A stretch of DNA of 64,000 nt, taken from the IMG/VR virus record IMGVR_UViG_3300044878_000169; one strand, 5' to 3'. Source of the DNA: a virus. Under the pieces are notes generated by a model. The model had not been told where the DNA came from. It did no database searches and was given only the letters and a program-made list of their open reading frames with translations. A program made the translations under genes and the position numbers. This document shows positions 48,869-60,840 of this stretch, in pieces (the first letter of the stretch is position 1; every line of letters starts with the position of its first letter).

Positions 48869-49734
48869 TCGACATCGAGCGGAGCCTCGGCCTGTGGATT
48901 CCCCAGGTTCAGGGGCAGTACATCAACGTCGACGGCGCGGCCGGCGCGCAGTGCTGGGACCTCGCCGCCCACTGGTCGGGGTTCCTCGGCCTGCCGCGGA
49001 TCAGCACGTGGGGCAACGGGCGGTGGCCGGGCTGGGCCGGGAACATGGTCGACGCATTCCCCCAGGACGCGGAGATCGCGGCCGCCTATGATCTGATCGG
49101 CCCGAACGAGCCCATGCTCCCCGGCGACATTGTGGTCTGGGGCGACAGCTACCCGGCTTGGTACCCGAAGACACACGTAGCCGTGGGCGTCCTTGACCAG
49201 GGCGCCAACCTCGTCTGTATGTCCCAGAACAGCACCCCGTCGCAGGTCGGAAACCCGTACCCCATGTGGACGACCGGCCCGACCGTGAAGCAGCAACTCC
49301 CGCGCCGTGGGTGCATCGGCCTCATCCGGCCCCGGACCGGAACCATCAACCTACAAGGCACCATCACCGAAGGAGACGACCTCATGTCCACGAAGGAAGA
49401 CCGCGCTCTGCTGATCGCGGAACTCATGACCCATCCAGTCAAGCAGCCGGACGGCACCGTGACCAACCTCGAATCGGTCATCGCCGAGAACCGCGCCCAG
49501 CACTCCGACGTGATCCGCGTCGTCAGCGGCGTGGACGAGGAGGTCGCGGACGACATCAACAAGGCCCGCGACTCGATCAACTTCAGCACGCAGCAGCAGG
49601 TGGAAGCCGTTGGCCGCGTGACCCAGCAGCTCATAATCGACAAAGCGAAGCCCGCGGTCCTCGTGGATCAGATCGTCGCGGCCGGCATCGCCAAGGAAGT
49701 CGCCGACGAGCTGGCGAAGCGGCTGGTGAAGTGA
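48865..49734 (+). CDS. CHAP endolysin (copy 2)
   Basis: Identical translation to 7406-8275. Confidence 0.85.
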   Translation: MIDIERSLGLWIPQVQGQYINVDGAAGAQCWDLAAHWSGFLGLPRISTWGNGRWPGWAGNMVDAFPQDAEIAAAYDLIGPNEPMLPGDIVVWGDSYPAWYPKTHVAVGVLDQGANLVCMSQNSTPSQVGNPYPMWTTGPTVKQQLPRRGCIGLIRPRTGTINLQGTITEGDDLMSTKEDRALLIAELMTHPVKQPDGTVTNLESVIAENRAQHSDVIRVVSGVDEEVADDINKARDSINFSTQQQVEAVGRVTQQLIIDKAKPAVLVDQIVAAGIAKEVADELAKRLVK

Positions 49735-49988
49735 TGGCTGATCACGTCATGGCATCCACTCAGACCGCCTACCCGTGGCGGGCGACCGTCCGGACCATCT
49801 TCGCGTTCCTGATCGGTCTCGCCGCAGCGTGGGCCCTGATCATCCAGACCCTGGGGCTTGGCCCGGACATCCCATGGGTGGCCACCTCCCTCACCATCGC
49901 GGCCGGCGTCACCCGCGTGATGGCCCTGCCGGCGGTGGACGACCTGATCCGCCGCTTTGTCCCCTGGCTGGCACCGGACACGAAATAG
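49734..49988 (+). CDS. Holin (copy 2)
   Basis: Identical translation to 8275-8529. Confidence 0.8.
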   Translation: MADHVMASTQTAYPWRATVRTIFAFLIGLAAAWALIIQTLGLGPDIPWVATSLTIAAGVTRVMALPAVDDLIRRFVPWLAPDTK

Positions 49989-50051
49989 CCCGAATCGCCC
50001 CCATCTTCCTCCGGGAAGGTGGGGGCCTCTTTTGGTTTCTCAGGGCTGCAT

Positions 50052-50963
50052 CTACAGCGTCTCGCGCAACCACTGCGCTGCAGCATCCAGGCGGCCATGA
50101 AAGACAGCTGGCCACGGCGGGTTGTGCGCCTCCGGCCCCTCGTACAGATCGAACCGTACCCGGTCCATATTCGGCCCGGATTCGATCACGTCCCGGAACG
50201 GTCGATAGTGCTGTTCCACATGCGAATAGTCCCTCGTGTTCTGCACGAAGTAGACGAGGTTCGTTTGCGGCCGGCCATAACGGACCAGTGCCGATGACCG
50301 TTCCCCCAGCGGCACGGACCAATCAACATCCGGTTGTAGCGCCGCCACCCCGTCTGGAGCGAGGTGAGGCATCACGACCTCAACGTAGTGGCGTTGGGCC
50401 CCCATCAGTGTGCCGCCAATGAGGTAGTTCGCGATGCTCGTCTGGCAACTGAACGGCAAGGCCATGCTGCCAGGAACGTAGGTGGAGATCTGGAGCGAGG
50501 CGAGGCCGCCGCCTGACGATCCAACGAAGATGATGCCCTTCGCACCGACCGCGTCGGCTGCCCGGCAGGCCCACTCGGCCAGGATCGGGTACAGGTCAAC
50601 GTCTGCCGACCCCGTATACCAGGCCAGCTGCAGGTCATCGCGGAGTCGCAGGGTGGGATCTGACAGGTACAGCCCGCTGTACTCGGTCTTCAGGAGGCTC
50701 TTCAGCCATTCAAAGCGGGGGATCGAATACTTCTCCCGGTCCGTCGCACCATGCAAGCTGACCACGAGGAGGTCGGACCCCTTGTTGACGAGCAACGCCT
50801 CGAGCGGCAGCCCATCAGGCAGCGGGGCAACGTACCTGCTCGCGCCGGACGCCGAAGTGGGTTCGAACTCTTCCGCTGATCCGAACTCTGTTACCGGGAC
50901 GTTGGTGCCGCCCGGCTGAATGTCTTCGACCGGGAGTGCGGGGATCGTCAAAAGCATTGTCAC
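50052..50963 (-). CDS. Alpha/beta-hydrolase-fold protein (copy 2)
   Basis: Identical translation to 8593-9504. Confidence 0.7.
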   Translation of the reverse strand: MTMLLTIPALPVEDIQPGGTNVPVTEFGSAEEFEPTSASGASRYVAPLPDGLPLEALLVNKGSDLLVVSLHGATDREKYSIPRFEWLKSLLKTEYSGLYLSDPTLRLRDDLQLAWYTGSADVDLYPILAEWACRAADAVGAKGIIFVGSSGGGLASLQISTYVPGSMALPFSCQTSIANYLIGGTLMGAQRHYVEVVMPHLAPDGVAALQPDVDWSVPLGERSSALVRYGRPQTNLVYFVQNTRDYSHVEQHYRPFRDVIESGPNMDRVRFDLYEGPEAHNPPWPAVFHGRLDAAAQWLRETL

Positions 50964-51022
50964 ATCCTATAGGCGCAAGGTTACTGCGAGGGCCACACGT
51001 CACGCCGGCGTACCATGGCGCC

Positions 51023-51379
51023 ATGCCACAGTTCACCCTCGACGGCGCCACGCACGAGTACCTGATGCCGGACCCCGGCCACCCGCCCGAACAGGCCCGG
51101 TCGTGGGAGTACGGGAACTACCCGAAGGTCATGGCAAGTATCCCCCTGGCCGCCGGCGGGACGGTGGACGTCTATGCCGTCGCCGAGCGCTGGAACCCCT
51201 CGCACGTACTGGTCTCGTGGCAGGACGACGACTGGCACGCACACTGGGCGTGGATCCCTGCGGGTAACGTTCGCCGCGTCACGGACTCGGAGTGGGACGT
51301 CGAAGATTACCGCCGGTGCCCGGAAAAGTTACGGCCGGTCCGGTGGGGGAACCGCCTCCCCGGCTTCCTCCCGGCCTGA
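51023..51379 (+). CDS. Hypothetical protein (copy 2)
   Basis: Identical translation to 9564-9920. Confidence 0.65.
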   Translation: MPQFTLDGATHEYLMPDPGHPPEQARSWEYGNYPKVMASIPLAAGGTVDVYAVAERWNPSHVLVSWQDDDWHAHWAWIPAGNVRRVTDSEWDVEDYRRCPEKLRPVRWGNRLPGFLPA

Positions 51380-51380
51380 T

Positions 51381-51657
51381 CCTCTGAGAGGTTTCTGAGA
51401 GGATGAGCCCCAGCAGGCCGATTTCGTCGACTGTAAATAGGGGAACTCTAAGGATCTCGGGGGAAGAACTTTAGGTAACTCGACACGCCCGGGATTCATG
51501 AAAAAACCCCGCCATTCCGCAGAATCTGCGGAATGGCGGGGCTAGGGAAGTTGGTGGGTCCTACCGGGATCGAACCGATGACATCCACGGTGTAAACGTG
51601 GGTGTGTGGCCTTATAACGCTTGGAGTTTTGGGGCCTCTGAGAGGTTTCTGAGAGGA
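51381..51657. other. attP: Second attP-type site (core 51552-51601)
   Basis: Same arm repeats and tRNA-Val 3'-half core. Confidence 0.88.
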
Positions 51658-52760
51658 ATGGTCTGCCGTTTGGCGATGATGAGGGAGTCCATGCGTCCGG
51701 CGACGTCGTCGAGGTCCTGATCGAAGAGCCCGGCGTAGACGTCGAGTGTGATCTTCGCGGAGGCGTGCCCGAGCATCCGCTGCACTGACTTGACCGAGGC
51801 GCCGGCGGCGATGGACAGCGACGCCGCGGTGTGCCGCAGGTCGTGCACCCACAGTTCCTCCGGCAGCCCGGCGGTGAGGACGGCGGGGTCGTAGGTGCGG
51901 CGCTTGAAGTTGTTCGACCGGAGCCAGGCGCCGCGCTTGCCCGGGAAGACGAGGTCGTTGCGGGCCCGGCCCTGCAGGCGGTCGCGCATGCTCTCGGTGA
52001 TGAACCCGGTGAGGGGCACGTCGCGGGGTTTGCCGTTCTTCGGCGGCCCGACGACGAGCTTTCCCTCGACGTCGGTCACGGACCGTGCGACGGTCACGCG
52101 GGCCCGGGTGAGGTGGAAGTCTTTGGTCCGCAGCTCGGCGGCTTCGCCGAACCGGAGCCCGGTGGTGGCGAGGAACCAGATCAGGTCACGGTAGTAGGGG
52201 TCGATGGTGTTCGCGAGGGCTTCCACTTCGGGGACGGTGAGGTAGATGTGCTCGCGCTTCTCGCCGGCGGGCAGGTTCACGCCTTTGGCCGGGGTCTTCC
52301 CGAGCCGTCCTTCTTCCACGCACCAGTTAAGGAAGGACCGGAACCGGCCGTAGATGGTGTCCACCGTCCGGGCAGCTTTGCCCATCGTGTTCACCCAGGC
52401 TTGTATTTCGGCGCGGGTGATGTCGGCGACGATCTTGTCTCCCCAGTACGGGAGGATTGTGGCGCGGATGTCGGAGCGGGTGGCGGCGAGGGTGGAGGGT
52501 TTCAGCTGGGCCTGGGAGTCGACCCATTCGGGCAGGAGGTCCCGGACGAACACCCGGCCGCGTTCGGCGGGGACGTAGGTCCCGGAGCGTTGGTGGTGGT
52601 CGACGTGGGTCAGGTGGGCGCGGGCGGCGTCCTTGGTGTGGAAGGACGCCTTGCGTTCTCCTCCGCCCTCGGTCCAGACGGCCTGCCAGCGTTTGCCCTT
52701 GCCGTAAAGGGGGGTGCGGGTTTTGTCTTTCCGGGTCCACCGGTCGTCGACGCGGCCCAT
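51612..52760 (-). CDS. int: Tyrosine integrase (copy 2)
   Basis: Identical translation. Confidence 0.95.
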   Translation of the reverse strand: MGRVDDRWTRKDKTRTPLYGKGKRWQAVWTEGGGERKASFHTKDAARAHLTHVDHHQRSGTYVPAERGRVFVRDLLPEWVDSQAQLKPSTLAATRSDIRATILPYWGDKIVADITRAEIQAWVNTMGKAARTVDTIYGRFRSFLNWCVEEGRLGKTPAKGVNLPAGEKREHIYLTVPEVEALANTIDPYYRDLIWFLATTGLRFGEAAELRTKDFHLTRARVTVARSVTDVEGKLVVGPPKNGKPRDVPLTGFITESMRDRLQGRARNDLVFPGKRGAWLRSNNFKRRTYDPAVLTAGLPEELWVHDLRHTAASLSIAAGASVKSVQRMLGHASAKITLDVYAGLFDQDLDDVAGRMDSLIIAKRQTIPLRNLSEAPKLQAL

Positions 52761-53089
52761 CAGACCAGGGGGTGTCCGATGAGGCGTTGCATGATGAGCC
52801 ATTCGTCGACGTCGAGGTCTGCGAGGTAGTGCAGCACGTCGCGGCGGGTGACGTTGAGCGTCGCGGCGATGACGTCGGTGCTGTGCTCGGTGCGGGCGGC
52901 GTTGAGGAACGCCCGGGGGGTGATGAGCCGGCGGGCGGCCCATCGGGCGGCCCGGTCGCACGCGGTGGAGTTATCGCAGGCGGTGCGGTAGTAGGTGTGG
53001 CCGCGCTCGTGCATGGCAGCGGAACGGTCCGGTGTTGCAGCGGTCTGGATGGCCGTGGTTTTTTCCTTCAGCATCGGTGAGTGCCCCAA
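52760..53089 (-). CDS. ImmA/IrrE-like protein (copy 2)
   Basis: Identical translation. Confidence 0.65.
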   Translation of the reverse strand: MGHSPMLKEKTTAIQTAATPDRSAAMHERGHTYYRTACDNSTACDRAARWAARRLITPRAFLNAARTEHSTDVIAATLNVTRRDVLHYLADLDVDEWLIMQRLIGHPLV

Positions 53090-53194
53090 GTCTTAGATGC
53101 CGCCACTGTGGCGACGGGAACAAGCTAACACAGTTCCGTAGTGTTCCCATTTTGTCAGAGGTACCTGCTCCACGCGTGAAGGCCGCTGCCGCCC

Positions 53195-53623
53195 CTATGA
53201 TTCCCCGAGAAACCTGTTTTTATAGTTACGGAATCGATATGAAAGTTCGGCGAGGAGTTCCTCGTCGGTAAGTTGGCTGGCGCGTGTTACGCGTTGTTCC
53301 GTGGCACCGCTTTCTTCCTCGGCGAGCTCCTGCCAGGACGCCTCACCGGCCCCCTCCTGCATGAACGCGAGAGTGACGGATTCCTTGGGGGTATCGGCGG
53401 CGTTATCGAGCACTTCCTGGATGGATCCGACCCGCCATCCAAGAGCTTTCTCTACCTTGCGCTGGTTGGTGTCCCATGCGATGCGCTTGCCCTGTTCCAT
53501 CGTCGTGAGGGTCTTGATGTCGACCCCGGCCACCTTGGCGAAAGGGAGCCGGCGGAGGCCGCGGTCGAGGCGTGCTTCCGCGATGAGATGGCCGATGGTT
53601 TCGAGGGCTTCTTGTTCATTCAC
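53195..53623 (-). CDS. Immunity repressor (copy 2)
   Basis: Identical translation. Confidence 0.75.
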   Translation of the reverse strand: MNEQEALETIGHLIAEARLDRGLRRLPFAKVAGVDIKTLTTMEQGKRIAWDTNQRKVEKALGWRVGSIQEVLDNAADTPKESVTLAFMQEGAGEASWQELAEEESGATEQRVTRASQLTDEELLAELSYRFRNYKNRFLGES

Positions 53624-53813
53624 AGGCCCATCGTGTCTTACGGAAGTTCTCCTTACAAGTGGCCGATTCAGCGGAAAACTATCCGCCTTTACGGAACTTG
53701 AGGCCCATTCAAACACGTGTTCGAAAATTACATTCCTGTAGTTCTGGGGGCAGTTCCACAGTGTTACCCGCACTTCCTTGCTAAGTTCCCTAGTGTTCCG
53801 TATTGTGGTTTTC

Positions 53814-54089
53814 ATGACAACGAAGAAGAAGCCGCGGCGCTACCTCCCACGCACCCACAACGACACCAACCCCGCCAAGACCGGCCGGATCATCCGGCAG
53901 CTGCGGATCAACAAGGGCATGACGCAGGAAGAGATCGCGACGGCGGCCGGCTACAAGAACCACCACAGCATCTCCCGGATCGAGTCGGGGTCCATGCCGA
54001 TCCCGGACGCGAAGCTGTTGAAGGTCGCCCAGTACCTGGCGATTGATCCGGACAAGATCCGCAAGCCTGCCGTGAAGGTCGGCCGATGA
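53814..54089 (+). CDS. Cro-like protein (copy 2)
   Basis: Identical translation. Confidence 0.85.
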   Translation: MTTKKKPRRYLPRTHNDTNPAKTGRIIRQLRINKGMTQEEIATAAGYKNHHSISRIESGSMPIPDAKLLKVAQYLAIDPDKIRKPAVKVGR

Positions 54090-55307
54090 GCGCCTCGCTG
54101 GAGCTGGGCCAGCGCGTCCGCTTTACCGAGAAGCTGGTTCGCGTCCGGATCCACACCTACGCCGACTACAACGCTCCGCGGCAGGAGGAGCTGCTGCAGT
54201 CAGCGCTGGACCGCATGGGCATCTCCCGCTCCCGGGGCGGAACAACCTTCCGGCACCTCGACTGGAAGCTGTGGGTGCCGGAGTCATTCGCTGACAAGCA
54301 TCTGCACTCCGGCCTAACCAGGCTGGACTACGTGTACGGCATCCCAACCTCCGGGCACGGGGTCATCGTCCAGCGCGCCACCCTCCAGCAGGGCGGCACC
54401 TACCAGCAGGGCTACGAGGAGGGCCCGTGCTGGATGGACCACGGCACGACCCGCGCCTACAAGGTCGCGTTCGACATCAACCGCAAGCCCGTCCACGTCC
54501 TGCCCGAACACATCACGGTGCTGGAGTCGTCCGGTGAGTGAGTCGATGCGGCGCGGTACCCGCCGGAACCTGTCCACCCAGCCCATCCCCCGCGGCCGGG
54601 CCAAACCCGCCACCATCAAGCCTTCCCCCATCAGCCCGGACGAACTCGCGCAGATCATCGCCGAAGCCAGGGCCGAGCGCACCGAAACCGACATCCAAGC
54701 CTACGCAGAACGGAAAGCATCATGACGCAAGCAATGGTCTTTGAGGACCTCGACTGGAGCGCGGACGCCCGTGAGGCGCTGGAGCAGGTCGCCAAGCTGG
54801 GGAAGCCCTTCGACGCCTTCGACCTCACGGAGAAGGCCGAGCTACGCGATCCCCCGCACCCGAATATGTGGGGCACCCTGTTCCGGGAAGCGTCCAAGGA
54901 TGGCGTTATCCGCCGGGTGGGCTTCCACGAGTCCCGCCGCCCGGGCCGTCGTGCTGGTGTGTGTCGTGTCTGGCAGGTGGCGGCATGAGCATCTGCAAGG
55001 ACTGCGGCGGCATCGGATATCCCAAGTCGTGGTGCGCCGGGCCGCCGGTGCAAACGTCGCGCCGGGAACTCGCGGACGCATTCATTGCCAACGCCCACCC
55101 GGACAGCATTGTCGGCCAGCTCTTCCCGCGCCGCCGGCACCCGATCCGGGTCTTCCAGTGCAAGGACGACTGCTGCGCCGTGCAGGTCCCGTCGAAGCGC
55201 TTCTGGTATGTGAAGACCCCATCCACCACCGCAACCTGGACGACCTTCGGGGACGCCATCCGTGACGCCGCCGAGTTCGCCCGATCAATCCCCCAGGAGG
55301 TAACAGC

Positions 55308-55502
55308 ATGAGCGCCGACGCGAAAGTATCCGAGGTCGCCGAGCACCTCGACCTGCACCCGGAGACGGTCCGGTCGATGGCCAGGGCGGGCGCGTTCCCG
55401 AACGCGTACAAGTCGGGCCGGGGCGGGCAGTCGTCGCCGATCCGGATCCCGTGGACGGATGTTGAGGATTACCGGAAGAAGCAGCCGAGGGTCAGCCGAT
55501 GA
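55308..55502 (+). CDS. Excisionase-like protein (copy 2)
   Basis: Identical translation. Confidence 0.75.
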   Translation: MSADAKVSEVAEHLDLHPETVRSMARAGAFPNAYKSGRGGQSSPIRIPWTDVEDYRKKQPRVSR

Positions 55503-57056
55503 GCGGCATTATCCCGGACGAAGCGGTTGAGGCGGCGGCGAAGGTTTTCCATCAGGACGGGTGGGAAGGGCCGCCATTCTGGGAGAGCTTAGATCAGGAT
55601 GACCCGTCCCGGTTGGAGTATCTTGCGACCGCCCGCGCCGCCCTCGAAGCCGCGGCGCCCTTCATTGCCTCCCAGGCACTCGAAGACGCGGCGGCCGAGC
55701 TGGCCCGCCTGCCGTACGTGAAGCCGGACGAGCCGGGCCGTGCCGAGTATGAAAGCGTCCTCGCGGTCCGCCGCGGGAATGCCGACGGGTGGCTCCTCGC
55801 CCGAGCCGCCACGTTGCGAGGCAAGCGGTGAATCCGGAGGAGGAGCTGCGGGCGGCGGTCCGGCAGGCGATCAACGACTCCGAGGGGGCGGCGCACTCCC
55901 CCGACCACCTGCTGGATGTCCAGGCCGCGGCCGCTGTCGGGGCGATGCTCCGGCTGGGCTGGGTGAAGACGGCCGGGTGGGAGTACGCGGTGATGGCCGG
56001 GGACGTGACGCATGAGGTCGGGTTCAACACGGAGGGTCAGGCGCGGGCGTGGGCCGATGAGAACCCGGGCCGGTACGTGATTGAGCGCCGGCCGGTGGGT
56101 GTGTGGGAGCCCCTCCAGTGAGGAACTTACCCGTCGGTCGACGAGTTCCCTATATTTTTTTGCCCTTTTTTGATGGAAATGTATGGAACACTAGGGAACA
56201 TGATGTAAGCTGAAGCCATAGAAACAAAGAAGCCCGGGAGCGGTAACTCCCGGACTTCACAACCACCACAACGCTAGGAGCACATGGTGATCGCTACCCA
56301 GTCTAAGCCAGTCCCGTACCTGTTCGACAAGGACCTCGCCGTCCACATCGTCTTCGCCGAGATCAAACACTTCGCCGCCGAGATGAGCATCAACGGCCCG
56401 TCCGAGGACGAACTCCAGACCCTCACCCGCCGCCTGTCCTGGCTCGTGGACCGCGACCTCCGCTGGACCGACGTCGACACGCTCGTCGCCTACGCCAAGG
56501 AACTCCGCCAGGTCGAGGACGGAACGCACGAGAACCTCCACATCAACGCCGCCGGCACCGTCGACGACACCGGCCACGTCCGAGGCTCCCTCCTGATCAC
56601 CATGTTCTGGGAGATCGGCCTGTCCCTCGGCACCATCAAGGCCCGTTGGGAGCTGGCAGCGTGAACGTCCTTATCCTCCTCCTCGGCACCGTCGCCGTGG
56701 GCGTCGCGATCCCCTGGGCGGTCCGTGCCGACCGGGCCGACGCCCACCTGATCCACCTCGCCAACTGCCCTGACTGTGCGGCTAACGACGAATGGGCCGG
56801 GCTGTGAGCGCCTGCGACCACCCCGTGGACTTCTACGACAAGGGCGCCACTACTTGCGCCGTATGCGGTCAGGACCTGTCATGACGGCCTGTTACTGCGG
56901 CGGCCTGTACCGGTGCGAAACCTGCCGGCTGGACGTCTGCTACTGCCCCGGCCACGGAGACCCCACCCCCGATACCCAGGCCGAAGTTACGGCCGGATAC
57001 ATCAACCCTTCCCAAGCCCGCATCGACGCGTGGCAGACCAAACAGGAGCTAACCCG

Positions 57057-58166
57057 ATGACTCTCCAGACCCGCAAGCCCACCGGCAAACCGCCGTGGCC
57101 CATCACCCTGATCGCCGGGGTGGAGAAGGCCGGCAAGTCCTATGCCGCTGCCAAGGCCTCCGCCTCCGACTTGATCGACCGCACGTTCTGGATCGGCGTG
57201 GGCGAGGATGACCCGGACGAGTACGGCGCCATCGAAGGCGCCCGCTTCGAGATCGTCCCCCATGACGGGACGTACGCCCAGATCATCGGCAAGCTCGCCG
57301 AGGCCGTGAAGGAACCCGCCGCTGACGGCAAGCAGAACCTGATCGTCATCGACTCGGGGACCCGCGTGTGGGAGATGCTCTCCGACGAGGCCCAGGAGAA
57401 GGCCCGCTCCCGGGCGATGGCCGCCGCGAAGAAGTACAACCGAAAGTTCGACACGGACACCGAGGTCACCATTGGCCCGGACTTGTGGAACCGTGCCACG
57501 GACCGGTGGCGGGACATGATGGATCTCCTCCGCCTCCACAACGGCCCCTCGATCATCACTGCCCGCCTCGATGAGGTGATGGTGATGGGCGCCGACGGGA
57601 AGCCCACGAAGGACAAGACGTTCAAGGTGAAGGCCCAGAAGTCCCTCCCGTTCGACGTCGGCGTGGTTATCGAAATGCCGTCCCGGGGTGAGGCTTTCAT
57701 CGGCGGTGTCCGGTCCTTGAAGATGAATATCCCCGTGGGTGAGAAGAAGCCGATCCGGGACTTCAGTGTCGATGGTCTGTGGCGCGGTCTGGGCATCGAT
57801 CAGCCGGGGGCCACGTCCCCCCGGCAGCACTCCGGAGCGGATGGCCAGGCATCCGCTGCCGTCCCGGACGAACAGCAGGAGGCGCCGGCCCGGCGCCCGC
57901 AGGGCAACCCGAATGAGGACGCCGGAGCTGCCGCGCTCCACGCCCGCCAGCAGGCCGCACAGTCCCGCCCGGTCCCGCCGGTCAACTGGCAGCAGCTCTT
58001 CCACGACGCCGCCGGCAACCGGACCCAGCTGCAGGCCATCCGCAACCAGGCCAAGCAGGCAGGCGCGCCGGACACTTTCTGGATGTTCGCCGCGATTGAG
58101 AAGGAACTCGCCCGGATCGCCGAGGCCAAGACAGCAGAAACCGTTCTGGAAGGGGCAGTGGTATGA
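57057..58166 (+). CDS. Sak4-like ATPase (copy 2)
   Basis: Identical translation. Confidence 0.75.
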   Translation: MTLQTRKPTGKPPWPITLIAGVEKAGKSYAAAKASASDLIDRTFWIGVGEDDPDEYGAIEGARFEIVPHDGTYAQIIGKLAEAVKEPAADGKQNLIVIDSGTRVWEMLSDEAQEKARSRAMAAAKKYNRKFDTDTEVTIGPDLWNRATDRWRDMMDLLRLHNGPSIITARLDEVMVMGADGKPTKDKTFKVKAQKSLPFDVGVVIEMPSRGEAFIGGVRSLKMNIPVGEKKPIRDFSVDGLWRGLGIDQPGATSPRQHSGADGQASAAVPDEQQEAPARRPQGNPNEDAGAAALHARQQAAQSRPVPPVNWQQLFHDAAGNRTQLQAIRNQAKQAGAPDTFWMFAAIEKELARIAEAKTAETVLEGAVV

Positions 58167-59054
58167 GCGCGCTGAGTCGTGAGGTCGAGTACATGGCCGT
58201 CTACCTGTTGAAGAAGCGGGTGGCGGCGCTGGAAGAGCAGCTCAAGGCCAAGTACGCCGACGGGGTGAAGGCCCCGGACGGGACGGTGTTGGAGAAGGGC
58301 ATGCGCCCGGGTGAGCGGAAGGCCGTCGTCGTGGAGCTGGAGGACGGCACCGAGGTGGAGCTCGGCGGGATCACCCGCTCGAAGCCGACGCCGGCGTGGA
58401 AGGTCACGGACCCGCAGGCGCTCGATGCCTGGATCCGGGAGAACCAGCCCGACGTCGTCGAGACTGTCACCCAGCAGGTCGTTCCGGAGTGGTTCGTCGC
58501 GAACCTGCTGAACGCCGCGAAGGCGACCGGCGCCGCCGTTTCGGATGGTGGTGAGGAGATTCCTGGCATCGCGTTGGTGACGGGCTCCTCGTACGTGGCG
58601 CCGAAGCCGTCGGGTGACGCTGACCAGAAGCTCGAGGAGCTGGTCCGGGCCGGCGCGCTGTCGTGGTCCGATGTCCTCGCTATCGAGGCCGCCTCGTGAA
58701 CACCCCCACGACGAACGACGTCGTCCGGCAGCTGGCACAGCTCGGCCGCGACCTCGACACCAAGCAGGAGGAGATCCGCCTCCTGGATGAGGCCGCGGTC
58801 CGGGCCCGCTCCCGCTACGAGGTCACGTTCGCCCGGAACTTCCTGAAGGCCGAGGGGAACCTCGACGTCCGGAAGTACACGGCGACGTTGGAGACGGCGG
58901 AGTTGAAGCTGGACGCCGAGATCGCGGACCAGGTGCTCCGGGCGGCGCGGGAGTCCATCAAGGTGTTGCGGGACCGCTTGGACATCGGCCGCTCCCTGAA
59001 CTCCGCCATCAAGTCCGAGTGGACCGCACAAGGCGCGGCACAAGGACTGGCAGC

Positions 59055-59429
59055 GTGAACGGGTTCAGCAAGGCGCAGAAGATCGCGATCTCCGCCCGTG
59101 ACCTGGGATGTGTTGTCCACGGCGCGGGCGGGGACTGCGTCGGGGATCTGGTCCACCATCACCGGAAGGGCCGCGGGCACGGCGGGGTGAAGTCCCGCAA
59201 CAGGGTCGCGAACGGGCTTTTGGTCTGTGCGCGGTGGAACACTCTGGTGGAGGCCATGCCGGACCTCGCCGCCCAGGCACGCAGGTACGGCTGGAAGCTC
59301 CGCACAGACTTCGAGATCGACACCCTCCCGGTGTGGATCCCCAAACTCGGCCGGTTCGTCTACCTCGACGACGACGGCCACTACCTCGACATGTCCCACA
59401 CCATCATCACTAGTCAGGAAGCAGCGTAA
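59055..59429 (+). CDS. HNH-like endonuclease (copy 2)
   Basis: Identical translation. Confidence 0.7.
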   Translation: MNGFSKAQKIAISARDLGCVVHGAGGDCVGDLVHHHRKGRGHGGVKSRNRVANGLLVCARWNTLVEAMPDLAAQARRYGWKLRTDFEIDTLPVWIPKLGRFVYLDDDGHYLDMSHTIITSQEAA

Positions 59430-59434
59430 ACAAC

Positions 59435-59929
59435 ATGGCAGGCGAAACCACGATCACCGTGATCGGCAATCTCACGAACGACCCCGAACTCCGGTTCACC
59501 CCTAGCGGTTCGGCGGTGGCCAACTTCACCGTGGCCAGCACCCCGCGCACCTTCGACCGGCAGTCCAACGAGTGGAAGGACGGGGAAACCCTGTTCCTCC
59601 GCGCCAGCGTGTGGAAGGAAGCTGCGGAGAACGTCGCTGAGTCCCTGACGAAGGGCATGCGCGTCATCGTCTCCGGCCGGCTGAAGTCCAGGAGCTACGA
59701 GACGAAGGAGGGCGAGAAGAGGACCGTGATCGAGTTGGAGGTCGACGAGATCGGCCCGTCCCTGAAGTACGCGAATGCGAAGGTGAATCGGACGCAGCGC
59801 TCCGGCGGCAACGGTAGCGGCTTTAGCGGCGGTGGGCAGCAGTCCGACCCGTGGGCGGCGCCCGGCGGGCAGGGCGCCGGCAACGGTGGTGGCTGGGGTA
59901 ACGGCCCCGACAGCGAACCGCCCTTCTAG
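59435..59929 (+). CDS. ssb: SSB (copy 2)
   Basis: Identical translation. Confidence 0.97.
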   Translation: MAGETTITVIGNLTNDPELRFTPSGSAVANFTVASTPRTFDRQSNEWKDGETLFLRASVWKEAAENVAESLTKGMRVIVSGRLKSRSYETKEGEKRTVIELEVDEIGPSLKYANAKVNRTQRSGGNGSGFSGGGQQSDPWAAPGGQGAGNGGGWGNGPDSEPPF

Positions 59930-60840
59930 ACACCCCGCATCACCCTGGGACCCGTTCGGCATCACGCCGGGCGGGTCCTTTCGCGTGTTACGGGGATGTC
60001 TAGGTAATCGCGGGGAATACCTGAGTACAACACGCGGAAAAAACACGTAGAAGATGCGGAACTTCCCTAGTGTTCCGGGTAGACTGTAAGAGCAATCAAA
60101 CAAAAAGAACCCGCCGGTGCTGTAACACCCGCGGGTCCCAACCAAACATCCTAGGAATGGTTCTGACATGAACAGTAACCCGGAAATTGTCGCGCCCGCA
60201 ATACCCGCGGCCGAAGATTCCCTCACGATCCTCCGTGACGTCTCCCACATTTACGAGACCATCAAGACTCTCCGGAAGCGGGCCGCCCGCGTCGCCCACG
60301 ACGACGGCCACACGTACCAGGCCCTCGGCGACGCCCTAGGCATCACCCGCTCCAGCGCCCACACCCTCATCAATCGGGACGCGGCATGAGCGCGTTCGTG
60401 AAGGCCTACCCGCGGGCCAAGGTCAGCCGGCACCCGAACATCAACGGATGGGTCATCGACCTGATCCAGCGCGAGGGGGCCCGCCCGCGTCGTGTCGCGG
60501 CCACCTACGTCAACGCCGAGTTCGCGGCGCGTGCCGCTCGGGTGAAGCTTGGCATGCCTGTCGCACCGGCGCCGCAGCTCCCTCCTCGGACCCTTCCGGC
60601 CGTCGCCCAGGTGCCCGTCGCCGCACCGGCCCCGCGGTTTGAGGTGTTCGAGCGGCCCCGCAAGGAGGCCCGCACCCGCGCACCGCACGGTCAGCGCGCC
60701 ACCGGCACCTGCACCCCCTGCGGACGGCCCATGCGCCCGGCAGGCTCGAAGGTGTCCGACTACCCCGGCACGACCCTCCGCCAGCGCGACGGGATCTGCC
60801 AGACCTGCTACCAGAAGGCCAAGCGCGAAGGAGCTGCAGC

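Larger units (their letters stand above)
10093..51551. mobile_element. Complete 41,459-bp temperate siphophage genome unit (att core to att core)
   Basis: Integrase, immunity, replication, head, tail and lysis modules lie between two identical att cores 41,459 bp apart. Confidence 0.93.
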